From positions 320,001 to 384,000 of the forward strand of contig CAWIXE010000002.1 of assembly GCA_963840035.1 (NCBI GenBank): a DNA stretch of 64,000 nucleotides. Direction: 5' to 3'. Positions 28,792-37,804 of the stretch are shown piece after piece. The first letter of the stretch is position 1. Every line of letters starts with the position of its first letter. The translations under genes and the position numbers were made by a program. The notes beneath the pieces were generated by a model that was not told where the DNA came from, ran no database searches, and saw only the letters and a list, made by a program, of their open reading frames with translations. The DNA comes from a candidate division FCPU426 bacterium. Lineage in GTDB: Bacteria; Oederibacteriota; PGYV01; Palsa-1178.

Positions 28792-31209
28792 ATGAGTAAA
28801 AGGGACTCCGTGAAATTCTTACTTGTTATTTTTTCCTTTTTTGTTATTTCGCCGGCTTTCGCCGCTTTGGATAATCCTGTTATCATCCCGCAATCAGAGG
28901 GGATTTATGAGGATTTTTATCAGATGGCGCAGGCAGGCCTTATCAAGTCAGTTCCGGCGGACCAGTTCAGGTACGCCGCGATGTCGGATTATGAGGCGGC
29001 CGGTTATGTGGTAGAGGCCATGAACCTTTACGCCCAGGCCGGTGCCCCGAAAACCTCTTCAGGGATGGCAGCCAAGCTGCAGAAATATTTCGCCATTTAC
29101 AGGGCAAAGGCATTTGAGATATACGGCAAGACCATGGAAATGAGAAAGCAGCTAAAAAAAGTTGAGGGGCTTGTAAAGTCCCCGGACATAAAAGGCTTTG
29201 ATGAAGTTTTAGACGAAGCAAAAGATACCATGCCTGATGTCGAGGAAGAATTCAAAAACACCACGTTCCGCGGAGTCCCGCCTTTTAAGGTCATGGGCAT
29301 GCTCATGGCGCGCTGGCAGGACGTCGAAGCTTTCGGTATAGCGCCGGCGCACCACACATCGCTCGGCGGCACAGTGATGTCGCTTTGGACGGAAGGTATA
29401 GTATCAAGCGATGTGAGTTTTAAACTCAATTTAAATTTTGAAAGGCCGGCAAATGAAGCGGAAAAAGGGGATTTCCCCGAATACTGGGGAACAGGGCAGA
29501 GGTTCCTCGATAAGTACACCATTAACTTAACCCTCTGGGGATGGCAGGTCAATACAGGATTTTTCTGGGAAGACATCACGCCATTCATAGCAAAAGGAAA
29601 CCTTTCAGACAGGCCGGCGTTCTTTGACCGCGACCCGTACGTCCTTGAAGAGACCACAAAGGGCCACTTTGAAAACGCGTTCTTACATTCATTCATAAAG
29701 CGCGGGGACATATGGTCCATGCATGGTTTTTACGGCGTTGAATTTGCGAACATGGCGCTGCCCTGGGGCGCTAAGTTCAAGATTATGGGCGGCAAGGCGG
29801 AAAAGTTTGACGAGCGTTATGACAAGTTATACCTGTATGAATTTGCAGGAAGGTATGTTCAGGCAATTGACTTTTCTGTGTTAAGCGGAAGCCAGGTAGC
29901 CTTTAATTTCTTTAATACTTCAAATGAACTTGCGGAAGTGCAGACACTCGCCCCGGGCGTTCCGGGTCCGAATTATCCTGTAAAGCCTTTTGCATACCTG
30001 CAGTCAGCCACGATATTCGGCGGCGACGCTAAGATAAAACTTTTTAACACACTGAGCATCAACGGCGAAATTGAAATGGGAGACCTTTACAGCTACCTGC
30101 CCAAGCCGTTTGACGCGTACCCTGGTTTTTATCCGCCTAAGTACCACCAGCAGGGGCCGGCGTTATATTTAACCGGCATATTAAAGGACCTGATTCCTGT
30201 TGACCTTGAATTAAAATACACTTTTATAGACCCGAACTATGTGGCGCAGGCTTCGGCCGTTAATGACACCACAAGCAGGACCGTAAACGCGACGGGCAAA
30301 GGCGTTGAAATGACATGGAACACTTACGCCGGAGACCCCACGCTTATGTATAATAACATGAGCAGGATCGACGCGAGGGCTTCCATAGAACTGCCGGCGG
30401 CTTTCGGGTTCCTGAACCTCGCTTACGGCACGGCCTCGCAGGTTACCGCCACGACCAATAACGTATTTGTAGACCACTTTATATTCGGCAACAGGCTTAC
30501 AGGAGCCATGTGGTGGCAGCTCTTCTTCAGCCAGTACGGGTATCCGGTTGACGGAAGGGACGTGGGTTTCTACTCATACAACGCCATGGATCACCCGGCC
30601 ATACCGATGAAAGGCACCGGATACAGGTACATATTTACGGAAAAATGGCTTTCAAACAAGGAAATGATAAGGTCAAAAGACCCCAACACCAGCTTTAAAG
30701 AAACATCCCTGAAATTTACAACGAATATCAGTGCGGAACTGAAGTTGTCCATCCATAAGATGCTGGGGGCTATGGGCATACAGTCAGGCAATATATTCCT
30801 CGAGCTATACGGAGAGTTAAATTCACTCAGGCCGGGCAGTGATATGATGCCGACATTTGACCCGGATACGCTTTTCTCGCAGAATCTTATAAATACATTT
30901 ATAATATGGAATAACACAAGAAAATCCAGCCTGATGTTTGAGTACTCCATCGAAAGATGGACGACCAAACATTCGTACGTGGCTGTGGCTCCTACGACCA
31001 TAACACCGGCCACGCCGACCGGCTTCCTTTATGCGAACATCCCTATAGATTACTTTGACCAGAGCATCGGGGCGGGTTTTGATTATGATTTCGCGCCCAG
31101 GACGCAGATAGCGGTCAGGGTCAAAAAATTCATGCATAATGACCTTGTCGTAAAGAAACAGAGCTTTGACGGATGGTATCTCGGACTTGAACTGAAAAAC
31201 TTCTTCTAA
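28792..31209 (+). CDS. Putative outer-membrane beta-barrel protein with degenerate N-terminal SLH-like domain and coiled coil
   Basis: Signal peptide; IYEDFYQMAQAGLI...MSDYEAA; coiled coil; amphipathic beta-strands; ends WYLGLELKNFF. Confidence 0.6.
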   Translation: MSKRDSVKFLLVIFSFFVISPAFAALDNPVIIPQSEGIYEDFYQMAQAGLIKSVPADQFRYAAMSDYEAAGYVVEAMNLYAQAGAPKTSSGMAAKLQKYFAIYRAKAFEIYGKTMEMRKQLKKVEGLVKSPDIKGFDEVLDEAKDTMPDVEEEFKNTTFRGVPPFKVMGMLMARWQDVEAFGIAPAHHTSLGGTVMSLWTEGIVSSDVSFKLNLNFERPANEAEKGDFPEYWGTGQRFLDKYTINLTLWGWQVNTGFFWEDITPFIAKGNLSDRPAFFDRDPYVLEETTKGHFENAFLHSFIKRGDIWSMHGFYGVEFANMALPWGAKFKIMGGKAEKFDERYDKLYLYEFAGRYVQAIDFSVLSGSQVAFNFFNTSNELAEVQTLAPGVPGPNYPVKPFAYLQSATIFGGDAKIKLFNTLSINGEIEMGDLYSYLPKPFDAYPGFYPPKYHQQGPALYLTGILKDLIPVDLELKYTFIDPNYVAQASAVNDTTSRTVNATGKGVEMTWNTYAGDPTLMYNNMSRIDARASIELPAAFGFLNLAYGTASQVTATTNNVFVDHFIFGNRLTGAMWWQLFFSQYGYPVDGRDVGFYSYNAMDHPAIPMKGTGYRYIFTEKWLSNKEMIRSKDPNTSFKETSLKFTTNISAELKLSIHKMLGAMGIQSGNIFLELYGELNSLRPGSDMMPTFDPDTLFSQNLINTFIIWNNTRKSSLMFEYSIERWTTKHSYVAVAPTTITPATPTGFLYANIPIDYFDQSIGAGFDYDFAPRTQIAVRVKKFMHNDLVVKKQSFDGWYLGLELKNFF

Positions 31210-31224
31210 TAACGGAGGTAATAA

Positions 31225-33372
31225 ATGCTTAAGAAAATCGCACTGCTTTTGGCTATGGTTATCCTGCCGGTACTCGTATTATCGGCTGATTCGGCAACGA
31301 TAGGGAGCGACCACTGGACTTATAAAGACATTAAGTCCCTTGTCGACTCCGGCGTTATTTCCAAACCCCTGACAAAGGATTCGCTTACCAGGGCGGAAGT
31401 CGTCGATTACATAAACGACGGCGTCCATAACGTGCTTGCCGCCAACGGCGCTGTGCAGGCGTCGGGCTCTGACGCCGTTTTAATGGCGCAGATAGACAAA
31501 CTGTATAACCTGGTAAAGGCATACATGACAGATATGATGAAGACGCAGCAGAAGCTGGACTCCATTCTTGAGACCATAGGCGACCTGAAAGTCAAAAAAG
31601 AAAACATAGAAAAAAGACAGGACAAGCTTTTAAATTCTATGGGTATGAGGATTAACGGAGAATCCAGCGCTTATATGACCGATGTGTTGTTATTTGGATC
31701 CAAATATCTGGCTCCGGGAACAACAGCCCAGCGCTACAGGCCTATTACGCAGTACCTTGACCTTAAATTCTCGCTCAACGCCACCAAGGAAATGTACGCT
31801 GAAGCCACATTCCGCGTGGAAAATGTTTACGGCGGATTTTGGGGTTCCATGGACATATACGGATTAAGAAGGTTCTTCATACAGGGCCAGTATCCGGTAT
31901 CATTTGTTTTTGGCGATTACCAGGCGAAACTTACGCCCTTTACTTTATGGGCGGTTGACGATGAAAGGCCGTATGAGTCCAGGATATTCTCCGACAAAAG
32001 GGAGATGAACAAGAAAGAATTATACCTTCTGGATAATACATGGCCGCTTTCAGGCGCGAAACTGCAGACCATAGCCGAACTTTTTAACACCATCGATGTT
32101 GACGTGATGTTAATGGGGGCCAGGCTCGGGGAAAATAACAAGAATAATTACCTTCTATATGATATAGCTTCAGGTGTATTTATACCGTTCACATACCAGC
32201 ACGACCAGTACTTAATGGCAGGCAGGATAGCTTCAGGCATACCTGAAACCCTGACCATCGGCATTAACATGTCGGAGATAGTTGATTCAAAAGACACCGG
32301 CACAAACCCGAACGCGCCGTCCATGGACAATTACGTTTATTCGGCTGATGCCGAAGGCAAGCTTAAATTCGGGGAAGGCATGGAACTGAAGGTTGACGCG
32401 GAGTACGCCATGTCAAACTACACTAATAATAAGTTCTTTCAGAATTACATATCGGATTCCGCTTTAAAGGCTGAAGGAGTGTTCAAATTTGACATAGCGG
32501 GAATCGGAAGTTCGTCAATCGGCGCGGCATACAGCGCGGTAGGGCTTTCATACACCGCGTACGCGGCACAGTCCAGGATAAATGACGAGAGGACAAACCC
32601 GCCATACCTTACGCAAAACAGTACATGGAACATAGCAAACAAACCGCCTTCGTACATACTCGGCGGGAGGGTATATCCTTTCACAAGGTACAGCCCGACT
32701 ATCAATGTAAATTACGGTAACGCGTCAGGTGCAAGCTCAACCGGTATCGCGGCCGGAATGGGAAACCTGTTGTTCTATCCTATTTATGAAAATAACACAC
32801 TTCCTTACGGAGATTCCACGCCGAACAGGCAGTGCATACAGGTGAAGTACTCCGGCAACTACGCGGACGGGATTTTACAACCGTCTTTAAATTATGTAAT
32901 GGCAAATGAAATAGTATCCCCGCTTCCTGTTACATATACAATCAAGCCCAGGGCTTACACGGTCATAGAAGCGGGGGTAAAGAGCGAGTTTAACCTTTTT
33001 GTACCGCTTGCCCTGACAGTCGGGTTCAAGTCTGAGGACACGAATAACAGCCAGGCGAAATCCATAGCGTTTTCCTCGGCGACAATTGACGCAGGGCTGG
33101 AAGCCACCATCATAAAGAAAAAGTTCAAGGTATATACTGGCTACAAATCCACGGCTTTTAACGGATCTGAGTACATGCTCGAAAGCGGCTCCGTGGGCCT
33201 CATGCAGTTTAACCATGAGATCTCCAGCATAGGCATCGGCATGGAATACTTCATAGCAAAACCAGCGGTTGTGGGAATGTCGTTTACAACGACAAAAGTG
33301 GCTGACCTTGAGACAGAGGCTTTAAGCTACAGCGTGCAGGAACTCGACATAAAGGTATCAATAGCATTCTAA
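31225..33372 (+). CDS. SLH-coiled-coil-beta-barrel outer-membrane protein (OmpM/SlpA-like architecture)
   Basis: Signal peptide; SLH motif SDHWTYKDIKSLVDSGVI...LTRAEVV; coiled coil; beta-strands; terminal Phe (IKVSIAF). Confidence 0.7.
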   Translation: MLKKIALLLAMVILPVLVLSADSATIGSDHWTYKDIKSLVDSGVISKPLTKDSLTRAEVVDYINDGVHNVLAANGAVQASGSDAVLMAQIDKLYNLVKAYMTDMMKTQQKLDSILETIGDLKVKKENIEKRQDKLLNSMGMRINGESSAYMTDVLLFGSKYLAPGTTAQRYRPITQYLDLKFSLNATKEMYAEATFRVENVYGGFWGSMDIYGLRRFFIQGQYPVSFVFGDYQAKLTPFTLWAVDDERPYESRIFSDKREMNKKELYLLDNTWPLSGAKLQTIAELFNTIDVDVMLMGARLGENNKNNYLLYDIASGVFIPFTYQHDQYLMAGRIASGIPETLTIGINMSEIVDSKDTGTNPNAPSMDNYVYSADAEGKLKFGEGMELKVDAEYAMSNYTNNKFFQNYISDSALKAEGVFKFDIAGIGSSSIGAAYSAVGLSYTAYAAQSRINDERTNPPYLTQNSTWNIANKPPSYILGGRVYPFTRYSPTINVNYGNASGASSTGIAAGMGNLLFYPIYENNTLPYGDSTPNRQCIQVKYSGNYADGILQPSLNYVMANEIVSPLPVTYTIKPRAYTVIEAGVKSEFNLFVPLALTVGFKSEDTNNSQAKSIAFSSATIDAGLEATIIKKKFKVYTGYKSTAFNGSEYMLESGSVGLMQFNHEISSIGIGMEYFIAKPAVVGMSFTTTKVADLETEALSYSVQELDIKVSIAF

Positions 33373-33539
33373 GGCAGAAAAATGCAGCCGCACCCTCTGC
33401 GTTTCATCGGGGTGCGCAAACGGTGATAGGTTTAAGATGGTAAACAAAGGCAGGGCTTGCGGCGTCTAATTAGTAACATCGGGCCGCGGGCTTGATTGAA
33501 AAATATAAGAACTATAAATTAACTCGAGGAGGAAATATT

Positions 33540-34283
33540 ATGAAAAAAGCACTTGTGTTGGTCCTGGCTTTAGTTGTGATGTCGTTCTCGGTACTTCTGG
33601 CGGAAAAGCCCACGGCGGCGTTGTCGGTAATTTCCGGAGCTATGACAGTTGACGGTTCAACAGCGGACTGGAAAGCATGCGGAATAAAACCGCTTACCAT
33701 CAATACCAAGGCGCAGGTAGCCATTGGCGGGCCATATTGGACAGGCGCGGCAACAGAGTCGGCGGAAGTTTATGTGGCTTTTACAGCCGAAGCTTTATAC
33801 CTCGCAGCAGAAGTAAAAAGCCCGAAAGGCATTAAGAATAAGAACGCTGAAGGCAAGATATATGACGGCAACTGCGTAGAGGTGTTCATTGGTTTTGACA
33901 ACTCAGACCCGAGCAGGGAGCTTTACACGGAGACGGATTATCAGATAGGTTTCTCAACAGGCGAGTATTCAAAGGCAAATAAGAAATTCACTGTAAAGCC
34001 GTCGGTGTTCTGCTTTAACATGCAGAAACCGGTTGATGGCGCTAAGATTGTTGTAAAACCCGCTACAGGCGGATACGTGCTTGAGGCAATGGTTCCGGCT
34101 GAATTTTTATCAGGCTGGGATGTAAGGGAAGGAATGGACCTCGGATTTGATATCGGCATAGATGATGTAGGCGAAAAAGGGGTCGGCAGGAAGATACAGA
34201 TGACATGGTCAGGAGATAAAGACGGATGGAAGAACCCCAAAGGCTGGGGCAAGGCAAGCTTAAAAGAAAAGACCTGCAAGTAA
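33540..34283 (+). CDS. Secreted/periplasmic CBM9-like (DOMON-type) sugar-binding protein
   Basis: Signal peptide; TVDGSTADW, LYLAAEV, DGNCVEVFI, GYVLEAMVP, GFDIGIDD, W..PKGWG; GAGGAGG RBS. Confidence 0.78.
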   Translation: MKKALVLVLALVVMSFSVLLAEKPTAALSVISGAMTVDGSTADWKACGIKPLTINTKAQVAIGGPYWTGAATESAEVYVAFTAEALYLAAEVKSPKGIKNKNAEGKIYDGNCVEVFIGFDNSDPSRELYTETDYQIGFSTGEYSKANKKFTVKPSVFCFNMQKPVDGAKIVVKPATGGYVLEAMVPAEFLSGWDVREGMDLGFDIGIDDVGEKGVGRKIQMTWSGDKDGWKNPKGWGKASLKEKTCK

Positions 34284-34295
34284 ATATATAACCTG

Positions 34296-34323
34296 TCAGG
34301 GCGGGCTTTAAAGCCCGCCCTGA
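34296..34323. repeat. Perfect 28-bp intercistronic palindrome
   Basis: TCAGGGCGGGCTTTAAAGCCCGCCCTGA, no U tract. Confidence 0.8.
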
Positions 34324-34370
34324 ACGGGCAAATAGGTGAGGGAAAAACCTATTTAAAAGGAGTAACGGAC

Positions 34371-35135
34371 ATGAAAAAAACAGTGCTGATAATTGCGGCA
34401 ATCGCCGCGCTTTTTGCGTTTTCATTCACGGGGTGCAAAAGAAATCCGGTCATAGCGCCGGCTGATTTGCCTGCGCCCATTGCCGCCCCTGTTTATCCGA
34501 TGAATGTTATTATAGATGACTGTGACGACAATGATAATGTGACGGCCTGGGGTGGATATTGGTTTACATACGACGATAATAAACCGCCCAATTTCGGCAC
34601 GTCGACCATTGAGCCCAAAAACGGGGCGCTTTTTACAATGACTTTTGTAGGGCCTGACTGGAACAGCCTGGTTAACGGGCCCAATGTATATTGCGCGAGG
34701 TTTACCGGCGATGTAAAAAGGGGCGGCCCGACATCGTTTGCGTATCCGCTCATAGGCGTCGGCATAGGTTTATCGCCGATGGATGACAAGCAGAATTTCT
34801 ACACATATAGCGGCATCAGGTTCTGGGTTAAAAGGGGGCTTACGGATCAGATTATCAGTTACAGGTTAGCCCTTAAAAGCGCCAACAATCCTGATCCGGC
34901 ATTATATGATTTTTGGGGCATGACATTTTCCGCTCCTGCGGGAGTCTGGACGCAGATTAACATACCGTTTTCTTCCCCGTCATTCATGCAGAATTTCGGG
35001 CTGCCGCTTGATAAACAAACTTCGCTCAGCCAGGTAACAGGCATACAGATACAGACCAAAAACAGCCCGGATCCGGCGCCATACGTAACGCTTCACGCGG
35101 ACCTTTCCATAGACAAGATAGAACTGTACAGATAA
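34371..35135 (+). CDS. Lipoprotein with CBM11/CIA30-like domain
   Basis: Lipobox FTGC; IIDDCDDND....GGYWFTYDD...WTQINIPFS...IDKIELY, same module as in the GH8s. Confidence 0.78.
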   Translation: MKKTVLIIAAIAALFAFSFTGCKRNPVIAPADLPAPIAAPVYPMNVIIDDCDDNDNVTAWGGYWFTYDDNKPPNFGTSTIEPKNGALFTMTFVGPDWNSLVNGPNVYCARFTGDVKRGGPTSFAYPLIGVGIGLSPMDDKQNFYTYSGIRFWVKRGLTDQIISYRLALKSANNPDPALYDFWGMTFSAPAGVWTQINIPFSSPSFMQNFGLPLDKQTSLSQVTGIQIQTKNSPDPAPYVTLHADLSIDKIELYR

Positions 35136-35186
35136 AAAGGTGAGTAAAATATAATCTACACACTTATTTCAGGAGGTGGAAGGCAA

Positions 35187-36074
35187 ATGAAAAGATTTTT
35201 AAAGGAAGTAATGGTAATGGCTACGATTATGCTTTTAGTAACAGCTCTGATGGTGATAGGCTGCAGCAAGAAAAAAGCTATAGACCTGACTGCCGCTGAT
35301 ATCGGGCCCGCAGGTACAGCTACGAATTCGCCAATAGTAATTCCAAGCGCTACGCCTACTTGGACATACTCAGCCCCGAGAGTGTGGCTGGACAGGTGTG
35401 AAGACGGAAATAACCAGATAGAATTTACCGTTCCGTCAAGCCCGGGATACTGGTTTACATATGACGATAACGCACCGCCGGATAACGGAACGACCCTTGT
35501 AGTACCGTGGGGAGACCCGAAATTCATGACCGCCGGTCTTACGCCTACTCCTTTTTACATGCAGGCGCCGGGTGTCGGTATTGACGGAACTGGAACAAGT
35601 GCATACGCCGCAAGGATGACCGGTTATGTAAGGAATAACAATTCAACTCCTCCAGGCATGGCGTATGGTTTTGCGGGGATGGGATTTAACCTGACCGACC
35701 CTAAAGGCGCTTTCAGTGTAACATCAACGGCCGGAGTAGGCGGATATGTGGGTATTAAATTCTGGTACAGGGGAGCAGTAACAGGCGCAAGCGCACAGGC
35801 AGTTTACAGGCTCAAACTTGATGCTCCGGGGACTTACACTACCGCCGATGTGTATGGTTATCAGTTCAATGTCCCTGTGGATGATTCATGGACGCAGTTT
35901 GTTCATCCGTTCTCTGATTTTACCCAGGAAGGCTGGGGAGCTACGCCGCCCGTAACGCTTTTTAGCGTTTTGTCAAATCTTGTTGCTTTACAATGGCAGA
36001 CGGCGACAAAGGGAAGTTCGTCATCCACAGAAGGTTATTTTGAACTCTGGGTTGACAATATAGAACTGTACTAA
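35187..36074 (+). CDS. Lipoprotein with CBM11/CIA30-like domain
   Basis: Lipobox VIGC; DRCEDGNN...GYWFTYDD...PFSDFTQEGWG...WVDNIELY. Confidence 0.78.
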   Translation: MKRFLKEVMVMATIMLLVTALMVIGCSKKKAIDLTAADIGPAGTATNSPIVIPSATPTWTYSAPRVWLDRCEDGNNQIEFTVPSSPGYWFTYDDNAPPDNGTTLVVPWGDPKFMTAGLTPTPFYMQAPGVGIDGTGTSAYAARMTGYVRNNNSTPPGMAYGFAGMGFNLTDPKGAFSVTSTAGVGGYVGIKFWYRGAVTGASAQAVYRLKLDAPGTYTTADVYGYQFNVPVDDSWTQFVHPFSDFTQEGWGATPPVTLFSVLSNLVALQWQTATKGSSSSTEGYFELWVDNIELY

Positions 36075-36090
36075 AGTATTATTACGATAT

Positions 36091-36120
36091 CGCTGGGGGC
36101 GGATTCAACCGCCCCCAGCG
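36091..36120. repeat. GC-rich intercistronic stem-loop
   Basis: CGCTGGGGGCGG-ATTCAA-CCGCCCCCAGCG, no U tract. Confidence 0.75.
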
Positions 36121-36164
36121 GATTAAATGTACTAAGGACCATAAACTTTATGAGGTGATTTCTG

Positions 36165-36830
36165 GTGAGGAAAATTATTTCCATAACACTTTCAGCCATC
36201 ATATTAACAATATTTACTTCATGCGCGGGAGTTTTCGCGCTTAAAAACCCCAAATTAACGGGCGGAAAGATAGAAACCAATGCTTATAAGCCTACAAAAC
36301 CGCCGGTTATTTTTGATGATTTTGAAGCGGGTGTGGTTGTCGGCGCGTATTCGTACGCCAACGGCGCGGGCGGCGCGTCTGCCAAGTTAATGATAAGCGA
36401 CCCGGCAACGGATGTTCCTCACGGCGGTAAATACGCCGCCAAGTCGGTATTTGATTCAGGGACAAGCGCTGACTGGGGCTGCGGATTCGGGTGCCAGTCC
36501 ACATACGGCGGCGGGTTCATAGACGCTACCGGCAGGGAATACGTAAGCCTCTGGATAAAAGCGCCTGAAGGCGTGCCATATTATGTCTTTGTAAATGAAG
36601 CGGCCGCGAACGGCGCTGACGGGGAATTCTACAACGGCCCGCTGCGCAACGGAACGGGAAAGTGGACGTTGTATGAAGTGGCCATGGAAGATTTTATTAG
36701 GAATATTTATTCGGGAAACCAGACAGGAAACGGCTCCATAGACATGTGCGGGCTTGGTACCGTCGGAGTGCAGATAACAGGGGCTTCAGGCAAGGGCGAC
36801 TTTTTTATGGATGATATCTGGTTTAAGTAG
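36165..36830 (+). CDS. Lipoprotein with galactose-binding-like/CBM11-like domain
   Basis: Lipobox FTSC; FDDFE...WGCGFGC...ADGEFY...FMDDIWFK; GAGGTG RBS. Confidence 0.72.
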   Translation: MRKIISITLSAIILTIFTSCAGVFALKNPKLTGGKIETNAYKPTKPPVIFDDFEAGVVVGAYSYANGAGGASAKLMISDPATDVPHGGKYAAKSVFDSGTSADWGCGFGCQSTYGGGFIDATGREYVSLWIKAPEGVPYYVFVNEAAANGADGEFYNGPLRNGTGKWTLYEVAMEDFIRNIYSGNQTGNGSIDMCGLGTVGVQITGASGKGDFFMDDIWFK

Positions 36831-36834
36831 GGCA

Positions 36835-36923
36835 AATTTTCGATTTTCAATTTTGAATTTTCAATTAAGATCAAACGGGGTGTGGTGATTTAATTGAAAA
36901 TTGAAAATATAAAATTTCAAATT
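36835..36923. repeat. Heptamer-unit inverted repeat, copy 3
   Basis: AATTTTCGATTTTCAATTTTGAATTTTCAATTAA ... TTAATTGAAAATTGAAAATATAAAATTTCAAATT. Confidence 0.8.
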
Positions 36924-36938
36924 AAGTTGGAGGTTTTT

Positions 36939-37598
36939 GTGAAAAAAATATCAATAATAACAGCAATAATCGCCGCGCTTGTATTTACGTCATGCGCGGG
37001 CGTTATTTCTTTCAGGAATCCAAAGGCTGCTAAGGCCGCAAAAACATCGGGCGAAGTTAAAAAACTCGCGCCTGTAAAGTTTGAGGATTTTGAGAACGGC
37101 ACAATGGTCGGCGGCTACGGCTACGCAAATACCGCGGGCGGCGCTTCAGTGAAATATATTATCGGGGACCCGTCGGCGGATAAGGCGCATGGCGGACAGT
37201 ATTGCGCCAAGGCAAATTATGACACGGGCACAAACGGAGACTGGGGCTGCGGTTTCGGATGCCAGAGCTCATACGGCGCCGGTTATATAGACGCGTCAGA
37301 CAGGGAATACATATCGTTCTGGGCAAAACTTCCCGAGGGCGTGACTTTTTACGCATTTGTTAATGAAGCGGCTGCAAACGGAGGGGACGGCGAGTTTTAC
37401 AACGGGCCGTCACAGACAGGCGCCGGCAAATGGTACGAGTACCTCATACCGCTCGATGAATTTTTTAAGAACATATATTCCGGAAGCCAGATGGGCAATA
37501 ACCAGATGGATAAATCAGGCATCGGCACAGTAGGTTTCCAGGTAGGCGGAAACCAGGGCAAAGCCGCGTTTTTAGTTGACGATATCTGGTTTAAATAA
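36939..37598 (+). CDS. Lipoprotein, close paralogue of 36165-36830
   Basis: GGAGG RBS then GTG 36939; lipobox FTSC; DWGCGFGCQSSYG, FVNEAAANG, DDIWFK shared with upstream paralogue. Confidence 0.75.
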   Translation: MKKISIITAIIAALVFTSCAGVISFRNPKAAKAAKTSGEVKKLAPVKFEDFENGTMVGGYGYANTAGGASVKYIIGDPSADKAHGGQYCAKANYDTGTNGDWGCGFGCQSSYGAGYIDASDREYISFWAKLPEGVTFYAFVNEAAANGGDGEFYNGPSQTGAGKWYEYLIPLDEFFKNIYSGSQMGNNQMDKSGIGTVGFQVGGNQGKAAFLVDDIWFK

Positions 37599-37640
37599 CA
37601 GGTAATAACTAATAGGTAATAAGTCAGAAGTGGTACATAT

Positions 37641-37666
37641 AAAGGCGGGCGAAATGCCCGCCTTTT
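37641..37666 (+). terminator. Intrinsic terminator
   Basis: AAAGGCGGGC-GAAAT-GCCCGCCTTTT. Confidence 0.8.
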
Positions 37667-37674
37667 CTATTATA

Positions 37675-37726
37675 TTGGCACGGCTTTCTGTCCTGTATTT
37701 CGCAGCCTGAAGGCTGCAGCTGCCAA
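37675..37726. repeat. Degenerate copy of the REP-like element
   Basis: CGCAGCCTGAAGGCTGCAGCTGCCAA resembles the right ends at 21529-21553 and 25406-25428. Confidence 0.55.
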
Positions 37727-37746
37727 ACCATTATTACAGTATGTGT

Positions 37747-37775
37747 TTGACAGGGGTTTTTATATTGGTTATAAT
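37747..37775 (+). promoter_or_regulatory. Consensus sigma70 promoter
   Basis: TTGACA-N17-TATAAT. Confidence 0.8.
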
Positions 37776-37804
37776 TAATGCAGGTGAGGACACCTGGAGG
37801 AAGC

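Noticed and set aside
33441..33468. TAAAC...CGTCTAA as a fifth ECF promoter
   Set aside because: Spacing is one base longer and both boxes deviate from the four-site consensus
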